From positions 12,472-76,471 of the forward strand of contig WTZU01000002.1 of NCBI GenBank assembly GCA_009889625.1: a stretch of 64,000 nucleotides of DNA, in the 5' to 3' direction. This stretch comes from Candidatus Hikarchaeia archaeon HikBin5. Lineage in GTDB: Archaea; Halobacteriota; Halobacteria; Halobacteriales; Hikarchaeaceae. Both the position numbers and the translations under genes were made by a program. The notes beneath the pieces are model-generated. The model was not told the origin of the DNA. It saw only the letters and a program-made list of their open reading frames with translations, and searched no databases. Shown one piece after another: positions 45,927 to 55,913 of the stretch (positions are counted from its first letter, which is position 1; every line of letters begins with the position of its first letter).

Positions 45927-46946
45927 CTATAGATAAACTTGTTTGATATCTGCTGGACCGGCTCTTCGCACTATGGAGCTAATTATGTCAGACGAACCAG
46001 AGAGATTATTAGAATCCCCATCTAGTACCAAAAGTTTAGCTTGTTTGTTAGGTTTAATAACACCGTAATCAAGATCAAAAATTGCTGCTCCAGAAGAAGT
46101 AGCCATTCGCAAGATGTCGCGGGGGTCGATTTCAAAGAGTTTTGAAACAAATGCCATTTCACGGAAGAGAGAAGGACTATTTAGCATCACATTATCCGTT
46201 CCAAGTGCCACAGTGGTATGGTTTAGTAAATCTTCAATGGGAGGGAGCCCAACGCCAGTAACGAGATTGGAACGGGGACATATTACAACCGGAGTATTAG
46301 TATTTTGAAGACTATCAAGATGTTCAGACGTTGGATGAACCATATGGACTATAAAGTCGGGTTCCAATTCCAGTGAAGTGTCTATATCCAGCTTATCACG
46401 TTCTCCAGCATGAATTCCAAACAATTTATTTACTGTTTTTGTTGAATTTCGTTCTTGGGTGAAATCAGAATCCCTAGATCCACTAGCACCGAAACCATCT
46501 GCTATATCTAACACTTCAATGGTATCTCGGCCTAAAACAATTGCATCCACACTAGACTCTAAATTGGCTTTGTGTATCATACGAACACCTTCAATTCCAC
46601 CTTCACGGAAATCGGCGAATGCCGCCACACCGATAGTCCCCATAAGTTGAATGGACCTTTTCATCTGAGAAATTAGATCATCGGGTTTCGCTGAAGAGAG
46701 TAGACGGTGTTTGAGCCCATTAGGAGGTGCGACTAACTCATCGAGGGAAAGTCCAGATCCGGCATCTTTTGCTATTGAATCCCCAATATGAGTATGGGAA
46801 TTTATGAAAGCTGGGAGGATTATGTTCTTGCTAGATGTAGATTCTTCTTCGATTGCGACTATTTGCCCATTTTCAATAATGATAGTACCCTCTATTAGAT
46901 CGAAGTCATATCCAGAGAGGATTGTTCCCTGTAGTTGCATAAACAC
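45927..46946 (-). CDS. Metal-dependent amidohydrolase (chlorohydrolase/deaminase-like)
   Basis: PAFINSHTHIGDS (HxH metal site), later HMVH, and GTDN. Confidence 0.7.
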   Translation of the reverse strand: MFMQLQGTILSGYDFDLIEGTIIIENGQIVAIEEESTSSKNIILPAFINSHTHIGDSIAKDAGSGLSLDELVAPPNGLKHRLLSSAKPDDLISQMKRSIQLMGTIGVAAFADFREGGIEGVRMIHKANLESSVDAIVLGRDTIEVLDIADGFGASGSRDSDFTQERNSTKTVNKLFGIHAGERDKLDIDTSLELEPDFIVHMVHPTSEHLDSLQNTNTPVVICPRSNLVTGVGLPPIEDLLNHTTVALGTDNVMLNSPSLFREMAFVSKLFEIDPRDILRMATSSGAAIFDLDYGVIKPNKQAKLLVLDGDSNNLSGSSDIISSIVRRAGPADIKQVYL

Positions 46947-46986
46947 ACTTTGCTAGGTATGAACTTGAATGAGTCGCTGGGATATT

Positions 46987-48216
46987 TTAAGTCATAAATG
47001 TATCTAGACTGAAATTTTTCTTCGACCTCATAGAAATTAAGTGCCCGTTTGTTTGTAAATTTAATTCTCTTTCTGCCGCACTTCCTACTCGTTCCACGAG
47101 ATTTTCAGGGGCATAAACGCCAAGTCTCCATTGTTCTTTTTGTGCAGCTTGTAGTGCATCGATAAGTGAAGAATGTTCATGGAGCATTCGAGTTGTGTCT
47201 CCAGCTTTGATTTTTATATCCTGTCCAATTGGAAGAGGAAGTTTGGGGATATCTATTATTACAGATTGAACGTCTATATTGAGTTTGGAAGCAATAGTTT
47301 CCTCAAATGAATGGATGGAATCGTAATTGGCATTAATTACATCATCGGGGACGTCTTTCAGTTCTGCCCATATAGCGCGTTTATATAAATTCCTATTAGA
47401 AATCCTTGTTTCAAGGGGAGAGGTTTTTGGGTGCGATCGAAGGGCTGCATGTAGATCGTGGTCATCCATGCTGCGCAAATCGTGTTCTTTTATAATTTTA
47501 GAATCAAGTAAAAATTCGGTTGCTCGTCGAAGTAGTGATTTGGAAATTCGAGCTACATGGTGATTATACACAGTAGGACCCATGAGAGTCCTAGCTAAGA
47601 GTAGGCTTTCAGCAGCCTGGACGTTTCCATTGGAAACGGATAACACTAGTTCACCGTTGGAGAGAGAAAGTTCTCGGACCAATCTTCCGTGATCTATAGA
47701 ACCATAAGGAACCCCGGTATGATGGGCATCGCGGACTAGATAATCCATTCGATCTACATCTATGGAGCTTGAGATTATTTGTCCGTGTTTCCCTTTTCCA
47801 ATGATCAAATCTGCGATAAGATTTGCATCTAAATTATGCTTTTCAAGAAGTACACTCAGAGGAGTAGAAGTGAGTAATTCTAGTATATCGTCATGTTCAA
47901 ATCCAATCCGATGGTTGAGTAAAGGTTCAATGTTATGGCTATAGGGAGAGTGGCCGATATCGTGAAGCATAGCAGCCGCCCGGATATGGTTTGATTCTTC
48001 AGTAGGAATTGAAAGATGGTTAGTGACCTTACATGCTAGATGGTAAACCCCGATGCTATGTTCGAATCGAGTGTGGTTTGCAGATGGATAGACAAGAGAA
48101 ACAGTACCTAGTTGCTTTATGTGTCGTAATCGTTGAACGGCAGGGGAATCCAATAAATCTAAGGCAAGTCCATCAATAGTGATATGGTCATGGACGCTGT
48201 CCTTAATAGTTTTCAT
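46987..48216 (-). CDS. HD-domain phosphohydrolase (dNTP triphosphohydrolase/SAMHD1-like)
   Basis: KDSVHDHI....LDLLDSPAVQRLRHIKQLG, RFEHSIGV and LHDIGHSPYSH motifs. Confidence 0.8.
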   Translation of the reverse strand: MKTIKDSVHDHITIDGLALDLLDSPAVQRLRHIKQLGTVSLVYPSANHTRFEHSIGVYHLACKVTNHLSIPTEESNHIRAAAMLHDIGHSPYSHNIEPLLNHRIGFEHDDILELLTSTPLSVLLEKHNLDANLIADLIIGKGKHGQIISSSIDVDRMDYLVRDAHHTGVPYGSIDHGRLVRELSLSNGELVLSVSNGNVQAAESLLLARTLMGPTVYNHHVARISKSLLRRATEFLLDSKIIKEHDLRSMDDHDLHAALRSHPKTSPLETRISNRNLYKRAIWAELKDVPDDVINANYDSIHSFEETIASKLNIDVQSVIIDIPKLPLPIGQDIKIKAGDTTRMLHEHSSLIDALQAAQKEQWRLGVYAPENLVERVGSAAERELNLQTNGHLISMRSKKNFSLDTFMT

Positions 48217-48318
48217 CTAGGAAGGGATAGAATAGGATAACATATAAGTAATAACATATAGAACGAGAGGGGGAAAAATAAGAGATATAACTTGGAGAAA
48301 ATGAAGAGGAAAAATAAT

Positions 48319-49302
48319 ATGACTACGTTACTTTCTGGAGGGACGGGGACTCCAAAATTATTGTCAGATTTAATGCCAAATTCAGAGATTACAGTGATAG
48401 GGAATACTGGTGATGATATTGAAATGGGAGATCTACTTATTTGTCCAGATTTAGATACAATAATGTATCTTTCAGCAGGTGTATTGAACAAAGATACATG
48501 GTGGGGAATAGAAGGAGATACTTTTGAGACTCATGAATACCTGGTTAGATCGGCAAAAGAAAAAGGTTGGGAGGGGGCCCCAAATTTTCTGGGAAGGGCC
48601 GAACAGATTAATGGAAGGGAAATAGCAAAATGGCGCAGATTTTCGGGAGAGGAAGAATTCATGCAAATTGGAGACATGGATCGGTCCATTCACATGCTGA
48701 GATCACGTTTGATCGACGAAGGGAGAACATTAACAGAAGCCACTGAAAATCTATGTTCATTAATCGATGCCAATATAAGATTACTCCCCATGAGCGACGA
48801 TCCGGTTTCTAGTATTTTAAGTACAAACCGGGGTGAGATGCATTTTCAGGGTTTTTGGGCGGGTTTAAAAGGAGAACCGGAAGTAAAAGATATCGAGTAT
48901 AGAGGGTCGGGGGTGGCAAGAGCAACTAAATTGGTCACCAAAGCACTAGAAAATCAAGTGATCATCGGGCCATCTAATCCAATAACCAGTGTGGGTCCGA
49001 TCCTATCATTAAAAGGAATTAAAAAATTACTTTCCGAAACAAAAGTTGTTGCTGTTTCTCCATTCATAGGTGACAGGGCATTTTCTGGACCAATTAAAAA
49101 GTTGATGAGTGCGAAGGGGCATGAAGCAAATACAGCGGGTTTAATGGAAATGTACCCATTTGTGGATGTATTTGTGATAGACTCTAGTGACAAAATAGAA
49201 ACAGATCGCAAAGTCGTGAAGACAGATATACGTATAAATTCAACAGAAGATGCAAAGAGAGTATATGGATCATGCTTAGAAGCCCTTGAGGAAATTGAAT
49301 AA
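48319..49302 (+). CDS. cofD: 2-phospho-L-lactate transferase
   Basis: MTTLLSGGTGTPKLL N-terminus and IIGPSNPITS, typical of CofD. I prefer the ATG at 48319 over 48292. Confidence 0.85.
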   Translation: MTTLLSGGTGTPKLLSDLMPNSEITVIGNTGDDIEMGDLLICPDLDTIMYLSAGVLNKDTWWGIEGDTFETHEYLVRSAKEKGWEGAPNFLGRAEQINGREIAKWRRFSGEEEFMQIGDMDRSIHMLRSRLIDEGRTLTEATENLCSLIDANIRLLPMSDDPVSSILSTNRGEMHFQGFWAGLKGEPEVKDIEYRGSGVARATKLVTKALENQVIIGPSNPITSVGPILSLKGIKKLLSETKVVAVSPFIGDRAFSGPIKKLMSAKGHEANTAGLMEMYPFVDVFVIDSSDKIETDRKVVKTDIRINSTEDAKRVYGSCLEALEEIE

Positions 49303-49304
49303 AA

Positions 49305-49898
49305 ATGAATAAGTTTCCATTTGAAATTGAAGGAATAGTAGAAGTGATTATAACAACTTTTGATACTTTAGCAGGTTGGAATGTGGCCCTATTAGGATTA
49401 CAAGGAGGGGAAAGGATTACCGCTAGAACGTGGGGAAAAACAAAAACACGCGAAAATTTTCACAAAGGAGGAGATGCATACATTCATTTTACGCGTGACT
49501 CGTTTTTGTTTGTAGAAGCTGCCCTCTGTATTAAAGAGCAAAAAACACCACATATAGAGGGGGCATATGCATGGGGAAAAATTAAAGTAAATTCAATAGA
49601 TAAAGGAAAGGATGGAAAAACAGAATGGGAAGATTGGTCAATTGAGATAATAGAAGAAGAAATAATAAAAAAAGAGATCCCCATAATAAATAGAGGATAC
49701 AATGCAATTATAGAAGCCACTGTCGTGGCATCTAGGTTAAGGATATCCGATAATAGAAGTAAAGACTTGGAATATATTGGAAAATTATTGGAAATTGTAG
49801 AAAGATGTGGAGATGATAGAGATAGAGAGGCAAAGAATCTTATCGAGGAGCTAGTTTTTGGAGTTTGTGAAAAAGATGGCCAAAGAAAAAAGTTTTAA
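49305..49898 (+). CDS. DUF447-like (split-barrel flavin-binding-like) protein
   Basis: It starts 2 nt after the cofD stop. VEVIITT....GWNVA.LG and T..N pattern. The assignment is from memory of the DUF447 family. Confidence 0.5.
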   Translation: MNKFPFEIEGIVEVIITTFDTLAGWNVALLGLQGGERITARTWGKTKTRENFHKGGDAYIHFTRDSFLFVEAALCIKEQKTPHIEGAYAWGKIKVNSIDKGKDGKTEWEDWSIEIIEEEIIKKEIPIINRGYNAIIEATVVASRLRISDNRSKDLEYIGKLLEIVERCGDDRDREAKNLIEELVFGVCEKDGQRKKF

Positions 49899-49946
49899 TG
49901 CTACAAGTTCTCGCAATGATACTAATCGGAGTACTAGGGGAAAGAT

Positions 49947-50297
49947 ATGGGACGTTATCAGGCTACAGTGGAGGGCGAGATGGTTTATATTGAGGCAGAC
50001 TTGGGCCGTATAAAAGTAGGTCCTTTAAGCACCATGTTGGAAATCATAGGAGGTCCTTCCTGGACCATCATATATGATGACATAGATCGAGCCAGGGTAG
50101 ATTTGGATACATCAGATGAAGGCTTGACTATTGATGTGAGAGATACGATTGAGGCCATGACATTTGGTGGGAAATTTCTAATGACTTTGAAATCGCAACC
50201 AGAAATTGTTCCAGGAGGAAGTAATGACACTGTTTCTCCCCGATTGGGATTATTTATGGGACGTTTAATAGAAAATCTGGAGTACGGAGTTAGATGA
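49947..50297 (+). CDS. Hypothetical protein
   Basis: 116-aa acidic ORF with codon usage like its neighbours. No motif recognised. Confidence 0.45.
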   Translation: MGRYQATVEGEMVYIEADLGRIKVGPLSTMLEIIGGPSWTIIYDDIDRARVDLDTSDEGLTIDVRDTIEAMTFGGKFLMTLKSQPEIVPGGSNDTVSPRLGLFMGRLIENLEYGVR

Positions 50298-50363
50298 AAG
50301 GGTCAAATGGCCCCCAATATTCGATTAGATGAGTTTAAGCCAGAGAATTGACAAACCGGAAGT

Positions 50364-50552
50364 ATGCCAATTAAGCCAGCTTATGTCAAGCGTATTTCTC
50401 GGGAATTAATAGAGAGGTATCCTGAAAAATTCTCAGATGATTTTGATGAGAATAAAGAAACAGTTTCTCTTGTCACTAATGTTGAATCTAAAAGAGTGAG
50501 AAATCGAATAGCAGGATATGTAACAAGAAAAAATAAAAAGACTAGTCAATGA
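50364..50552 (+). CDS. rps17e: 30S ribosomal protein S17e
   Basis: MPIKPAYVKRISRELIERYPEKFSDDFDENK....SKRVRNRIAGYVTRK is the S17e pattern. Confidence 0.9.
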   Translation: MPIKPAYVKRISRELIERYPEKFSDDFDENKETVSLVTNVESKRVRNRIAGYVTRKNKKTSQ

Positions 50553-50626
50553 AAGGGCTATGATCTATAATTCTTTGTGTTAGATTATCACAATCGTTTT
50601 GTCCGTTGTCGCACTATCCGATCAGT

Positions 50627-51661
50627 ATGGTAATTTCAGTAGGAATAATTGGGGCCACAGGAGCTGTTGGTCAACGATACATTCAATTGATCCAAAATCA
50701 CCCTGTGTTTGAAATAGAAGTTCTTACTGCAAGTGACAAAAGTGTGGGCAAATTGTATCGAGATGCGGTTAATTGGGGACTAGGTACACCCATGCCTGAT
50801 GAAATATCAAAAATGGAAGTAAAACCTACAATAGGCAAGAGTATTCCAGAGGATGTCGAAATATTATTTTCGGCATTGCCATCCCAAATTGCTTCAAAGG
50901 CGGAAACAAATTTGTGTAAAGAAGGATACATTATTGCATCTAATTCTTCAAACGACAGAATGTGCGAAGATGTTCCATTGGTTATTCCAGAAATAAACCC
51001 AGAACACCTGGGTCTAATTGAAATTCAACGAGAAAATAGAGGGTGGGACGGGGCACTTATAAAAAATCCCAATTGCTCAGTGATAACATTAGCACCTACC
51101 TTGAAAGCGTTGGACATATTTGGACTAGAAAGCATCCACGTTTCAACGCTTCAAGCTGTTTCTGGAGCAGGATATGATGGTGTTAAATCAATGCAAATTT
51201 TAGACAATGTGATCCCACATATCCATAATGAAGAAGAGAAATTGGAGACGGAGCCGCAAAAGATACTTGGTAAACTAGAGGGGAGTGGGATTGAAATGCA
51301 CGGGGTAGAAATATCCGCATCATGTAATCGTGTAGGAGTGATAGACGGGCATCTAGAAAATGTATGGGCTAGAACGAAAGAAAACATCACAATTGAAAAT
51401 GCCAAACGGGCATTTAAACAATTGAAGGGTTTAGATCTTCATTCATCTCCCGAAGTATTAATAGAAGTTTTTGAAGAGGCAGATAGGCCCCAACCTAGAT
51501 TGGATAGAAATAGAGGAGGGGGAATGTCGATTTCAGTTGGCGGGATTAGAAAAACGACAGATGGGATTCAATATAATTGTTTGGCGCATAACACTATTAG
51601 AGGTGCCGCAGGGGCGAGTTTACTTAATGGTGAGTTACTGATCAATAGTAAATGGTTCTAA
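50627..51661 (+). CDS. asd: Aspartate-semialdehyde dehydrogenase
   Basis: VGIIGATGAVGQRY, NPNCS (catalytic Cys) and SGAGY. I prefer the ATG at 50627 over the track's TTG at 50606. Confidence 0.85.
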   Translation: MVISVGIIGATGAVGQRYIQLIQNHPVFEIEVLTASDKSVGKLYRDAVNWGLGTPMPDEISKMEVKPTIGKSIPEDVEILFSALPSQIASKAETNLCKEGYIIASNSSNDRMCEDVPLVIPEINPEHLGLIEIQRENRGWDGALIKNPNCSVITLAPTLKALDIFGLESIHVSTLQAVSGAGYDGVKSMQILDNVIPHIHNEEEKLETEPQKILGKLEGSGIEMHGVEISASCNRVGVIDGHLENVWARTKENITIENAKRAFKQLKGLDLHSSPEVLIEVFEEADRPQPRLDRNRGGGMSISVGGIRKTTDGIQYNCLAHNTIRGAAGASLLNGELLINSKWF

Positions 51662-51763
51662 GAAATTGAATGGACTGTCGTATAAGAAAGATTCTTTATA
51701 GTCCAGTCTGTTGAATTAAATTTTCGATATGACTTAATAGGTTTCAAGAGATATAATCATCTG

Positions 51764-52348
51764 ATGGGCAATAGAAGGAATATCATTCTTCGTGAGATTT
51801 TTGAAAATCAAATGTGCCAATATCCCCTTAGTAACTATATCGGAGATTTTTACATGGCAATAGATGGTTCATACAGGGGGGAAACTAGCGGAATAGGAGT
51901 GATAATACAGACTTACCAGGGAAAAGACATATTGGAGATTTCTCAGCAAGGTGAATTTCCAGATAATAATGCGGCAGAATATGGGGCACTTCGAATTGGA
52001 TTGGAAACATTATTTCGATTTGTAGATCCAGATTGCAAGATAGGAATCATAACAGATCATGATCAACTTTCGTCTAACATTAATGCTATTAGGAGGGAAA
52101 ATGAAATATATTTTCCAGGTAGAATTTCAATTCCAAAGACTGTTAAAAAAGATTGGAGAGAGATACGAGAAATCGTCAATATGTGCCACCAAGTGAAATC
52201 GGTATGTATTAAATCTAAAAAGAATCCAGCACATAGGTTGGCAAACTTAGTTAGAGGACATACAACATATGGATATGCTGAAGAAAGTATTATCCAAATC
52301 CCACCGCCTTCAAGGGCAATTCGAAGAGGGAAAATTAGAGAGACTTGA
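51764..52348 (+). CDS. RNase H type-1-like protein
   Basis: AIDGS (Asp1), NNAAEYGAL (Glu), ITDHD (Asp2), NPAHRLA. The start is uncertain, and an internal ATG giving MAIDGSY is possible. Confidence 0.6.
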   Translation: MGNRRNIILREIFENQMCQYPLSNYIGDFYMAIDGSYRGETSGIGVIIQTYQGKDILEISQQGEFPDNNAAEYGALRIGLETLFRFVDPDCKIGIITDHDQLSSNINAIRRENEIYFPGRISIPKTVKKDWREIREIVNMCHQVKSVCIKSKKNPAHRLANLVRGHTTYGYAEESIIQIPPPSRAIRRGKIRET

Positions 52349-53651
52349 GTGCTAAATCATTTGCTTTTTGAGATTTTTTGAGCCGGGTTTGAAGAGATTT
52401 TTGATATTCTTTAAGATCAATAGTCTGGCGAGCCACCCCAGATTCCATTGCTGCTTCTGCAACTTTTGGTGCGACTTCAAACAAGACACGAGGGTCAACT
52501 GGTTTTGGGATGATGTAATCAGGACCAAACTCTATTTTATCGCCGCCGTACGCTTGGACAACATCGTCGATGACATCTTTTCGAGCTAGATCGGCTAGTG
52601 CTTGTGATGCGGCTATTTTCATTTCTTCGTTTATATCCTTTGCACGAACATCCAATGCACCTCGGAAAATAAATGGGAATCCAAGAACATTGTTCACTTG
52701 GTTTGGGAAATCGGAACGGCCAGTTGCCATTATCACAGTATCGTCTCTAACGGCTTTGGCTTCATAATATCCTATTTCTGGATCGGGGTTTGCCATGGCA
52801 AATATGATAGGGTCATTGGCCATAGATCGAACCATCTCTTCGCTGACTAACCCCCCGATTGATAAACCCACAAACACGTCAGATCCGTCCATGGCATCGG
52901 ATAGATTTCCTTCTTCTTCGCTTGAAAACTCTTGTTTATATTCATTGATATCGTCGCGTTTATTGGACAGAATTCCTTTAGAATCCACCATAACAATGTT
53001 TTCTTTTTTTGCCCCTAGAGAAACATAGAATTTTGCGGTTGCAATTGCACTTGCCCCAGCTCCAGAGAATACTATCTTTAAATCAGATATGTCTTTAGAA
53101 ATTATATCTGCTGCATTGATCAGAGCCGCTCCCGAGATGATTGCAGTTCCATGTTGATCATCATGGAACACAGGAATATTCAACTGAGATCTCAATTGAC
53201 GTTCGATTTCGAAGCACTCGGGGGCTTTTATATCTTCTAGATTGATCCCTCCAAAAGTGGGTTCAAGGGCTTTGACAGTTGACACTACTTCTTCAACTGT
53301 GGAAGGTGTTATTTCGATATCAAAAACATTGATGTCTGCGAATCTTTTGAAAAGTACCCCTTTTCCTTCCATGACAGGTTTAGAAGCAGAAGGTCCAATA
53401 TCACCTAGTCCTAAAACTGCAGTTCCATTTGAAACGACTGCAACGAGATTGCCCTTTCCTGTGTAAACATAAGAATCCTCTTCATTGTTATGGATTTCCA
53501 TGCAGGGAGCAGCCACTCCGGGGGAATATGCCAATGTCAAATCCCATTGAGTATCTGCCGGTTTTGTAGTAAATATAGATAGTTTTCCAGGAGGATCTAT
53601 TTTATGATAAGTAAGTGCCTCCTCTTGCATAGATTTTTCTTCATTGTCCAT
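52335..53651 (-). CDS. NAD(P)-dependent malic enzyme (malate dehydrogenase, oxaloacetate-decarboxylating)
   Basis: [17 protein letters not shown] and GAGASAIA motifs. I prefer the ATG at 53651. Confidence 0.85.
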   Translation of the reverse strand: MDNEEKSMQEEALTYHKIDPPGKLSIFTTKPADTQWDLTLAYSPGVAAPCMEIHNNEEDSYVYTGKGNLVAVVSNGTAVLGLGDIGPSASKPVMEGKGVLFKRFADINVFDIEITPSTVEEVVSTVKALEPTFGGINLEDIKAPECFEIERQLRSQLNIPVFHDDQHGTAIISGAALINAADIISKDISDLKIVFSGAGASAIATAKFYVSLGAKKENIVMVDSKGILSNKRDDINEYKQEFSSEEEGNLSDAMDGSDVFVGLSIGGLVSEEMVRSMANDPIIFAMANPDPEIGYYEAKAVRDDTVIMATGRSDFPNQVNNVLGFPFIFRGALDVRAKDINEEMKIAASQALADLARKDVIDDVVQAYGGDKIEFGPDYIIPKPVDPRVLFEVAPKVAEAAMESGVARQTIDLKEYQKSLQTRLKKSQKANDLALKSL

Positions 53652-53752
53652 GATGATATATGAAAAAGGAGGAGTAAAAAGCATTCTATATGCAAAAATA
53701 GTAGATGTCAAGAGAACACATGATAGAAATACTAAATTAATTGGAGATAGAT

Positions 53753-54241
53753 ATGATCATCAGATCAAAGAAAATGACGTCTCAATTTATGAAAATTGTC
53801 ACAGGTTTGACATTTGTTTTGTTGATGGTAGGAGTGTACACGAAAGAGATAGGAGCCGATTTGACTTGTGGCATGAAATGGCCGATGTGTGATGGTGCGA
53901 TATATGGATTGTTTCCTGCAAACCTACCCAGTGCAATTGAATGGTTGCATCGATTTTTGGCACTGGTAGTGGGTATATTAATATTAGTTTGTGCATATCG
54001 GGCTTGGAAGATATACGGAATTGAAGCAAGAATTACAAGGGTCATTTTATTCGCTGTATTATTACTTCCAATTCAAATTGTACTAGGGGCATTGACAGTG
54101 GTAAAATTTGAAGTATTCTCTAGAGAAAATAGAATATTATTTGAACCATTGATAAGCGTATTCCACAATGGGGTCGGTGTGGCCATACTAACTTTACTAG
54201 TTGCTGCAACGTTATGGGAACAAGAAATGGAGATTAGTTAG
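53753..54241 (+). CDS. ctaA: Short (4-TM) heme A synthase CtaA/COX15-like
   Basis: [10 protein letters not shown] cysteine pair, WLHRFLA and HNG histidines, and four TM helices in about 162 aa. Confidence 0.6.
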   Translation: MIIRSKKMTSQFMKIVTGLTFVLLMVGVYTKEIGADLTCGMKWPMCDGAIYGLFPANLPSAIEWLHRFLALVVGILILVCAYRAWKIYGIEARITRVILFAVLLLPIQIVLGALTVVKFEVFSRENRILFEPLISVFHNGVGVAILTLLVAATLWEQEMEIS

Positions 54242-54254
54242 ATAGGGAATTGGA

Positions 54255-55655
54255 TCAAATAAAGTTAGATAAATCGGATTGGGAACGGGGATCTTCGGGG
54301 GGAAGCTCTGGTTCTTCGATAGGATGGGAATCGGGGGGAGAAAATGGCTTGGGAAGAGGTGACTTTTCCATAAGATTTGATGCCTGTCTTAACACGGTTG
54401 CTTCTTCAAGTATATCTTTAATTTTTTTAGTTTTCTTCCCAGATCCGGTTAAATAAGAAAGTGTGTCAATATCTAGTTCATATGCAGCTGCGATATGAAC
54501 TGTTAAGATTCTATTTTTGCAATTCTTGACCATCGTTTTAATCAAAGGTAGTATTTCAATACGAGAGGTCCCAATACTAGTTCCACTAGCTGTAGATATC
54601 GATTCTGCCACACTATCTCGTAGAGCGCGAGAGGATCTAGATGCACCGAGTCTTTGCCAATACCTAGGTGGACCATACCTAGTCCACCCATTTGTTTTGG
54701 AGGGTTTTCTAGAAGCTGCAACTCCAGCTATCATCACATCTCTAGCATATCTCCAGTAAGAATAGTTCTGAGTTAGTCTAGTCCGGGTAAGCCAAGTTTC
54801 AGCACGGGATAAATGTTCATACGCACGAGCTAATTCGGAACTATCGAAATCATTAGGCACGTTTTCATCCACCCAAGAGAGAAGATTATCAGGAGTTTCA
54901 TTAACATCATATGAAGAATATATTGCTTCTTTTGGAGTTAATTTTTTGAAAAGATTGTTTAAAAACTCAAAAATATTTTCCTCTTTGTTTCTAGAACTAG
55001 TTACTATATTCTCACAGTAGACGTGCCCATCAAGAGAAACCGCGGCTTGTAGATCGTTAATTGCCCCTCGTAAATCGCCGCTATTTCGTTCAGAGATTAG
55101 TTCGAGTGCACCTGATTCAAATGAAAATTCCTCTTGTTCGCATATGTGGCGCAAAACTGGCAATATAGACCTAGAAGAGAGATCATTGAATCGTATAGAA
55201 TCGCACGCATTACGGAGGCCCCTACTCATATTGTAATAGTCGTTTGCAATTAGTACAATGGGTTGTGAAGATTCTTTTATTAATTTAGTAAGTGCAGCAG
55301 AACCGCCACGATCGTAAGTCCCATGTAAATTGTCTGCTTCGTCTAGGATTATAAGTTTCCTACCTTGATTGCCTCCAGAAATTGTACCAGTACTAGCGGC
55401 ATTTTTTGCGATTTGGTTTATTATTTTTGCAGTGCGTTGATCGGAGGCATTTAATTCTATTGCATCCCAACCCAGATCCGAAGCGAGAGCATGTGCTGCA
55501 GATGTTTTCCCAACCCCAGGATTCCCATGGAGAACAACAGCTGGAGAATTGGGGAGCCAATTTGATGCCCATTCTAAAAAGGTACCAATCGCTTTATCAT
55601 TTCCACGGATAGAATCTAGCGTTTTTGGGCGATATTTCTCTGTGAGACTTGCCAT
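54255..55655 (-). CDS. rfcL: Replication factor C large subunit
   Basis: LTEKYRPKTLDSIRGN, HGNPGVGKTS, ILDEADN, and the C-terminal PIP-like QSDLSNFI. Confidence 0.85.
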   Translation of the reverse strand: MASLTEKYRPKTLDSIRGNDKAIGTFLEWASNWLPNSPAVVLHGNPGVGKTSAAHALASDLGWDAIELNASDQRTAKIINQIAKNAASTGTISGGNQGRKLIILDEADNLHGTYDRGGSAALTKLIKESSQPIVLIANDYYNMSRGLRNACDSIRFNDLSSRSILPVLRHICEQEEFSFESGALELISERNSGDLRGAINDLQAAVSLDGHVYCENIVTSSRNKEENIFEFLNNLFKKLTPKEAIYSSYDVNETPDNLLSWVDENVPNDFDSSELARAYEHLSRAETWLTRTRLTQNYSYWRYARDVMIAGVAASRKPSKTNGWTRYGPPRYWQRLGASRSSRALRDSVAESISTASGTSIGTSRIEILPLIKTMVKNCKNRILTVHIAAAYELDIDTLSYLTGSGKKTKKIKDILEEATVLRQASNLMEKSPLPKPFSPPDSHPIEEPELPPEDPRSQSDLSNFI

Positions 55656-55737
55656 TGAACGTAATATAGATATCGAGAGGGTTTAGTGATTGCGGAGAAA
55701 GGGGGGACATAAGAAGCTGTGATGTGAAGTAGCCCAT

Positions 55738-55851
55738 ATGTCAGTTAAAAGAAATATATTGAAAGTGATGGGAGGAACAGTGCTCATTTACATAATTCTT
55801 CTATCTGTGTTGGCAATAGTTTTGTTTATAATTCCAACTATATTATTATAG
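55738..55851 (+). CDS. Possible 37-aa single-TM peptide (hypothetical)
   Basis: My own translation: MSVKRNILKVMGGTVLIYIILLSVLAIVLFIIPTILL. It lies in the AT-rich spacer between rfcL and pan. There is no support beyond the ORF and its hydrophobicity. Confidence 0.2.
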   Translation: MSVKRNILKVMGGTVLIYIILLSVLAIVLFIIPTILL

Positions 55852-55913
55852 TAAATATTCGAGCATGGAATGAAAGTTAATAAGAAATGGTAGAATTGGA
55901 AAGAGACTATTGG

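Noticed and set aside
51662-51710. An imperfect hairpin (TGGACT...TATAAGAAAGATTCTTTATA...AGTCCA) after asd as an intrinsic terminator.
   Set aside because: The stems are short and bulged, there is no following T-run, and archaeal termination does not require hairpins. It is too weak to call.
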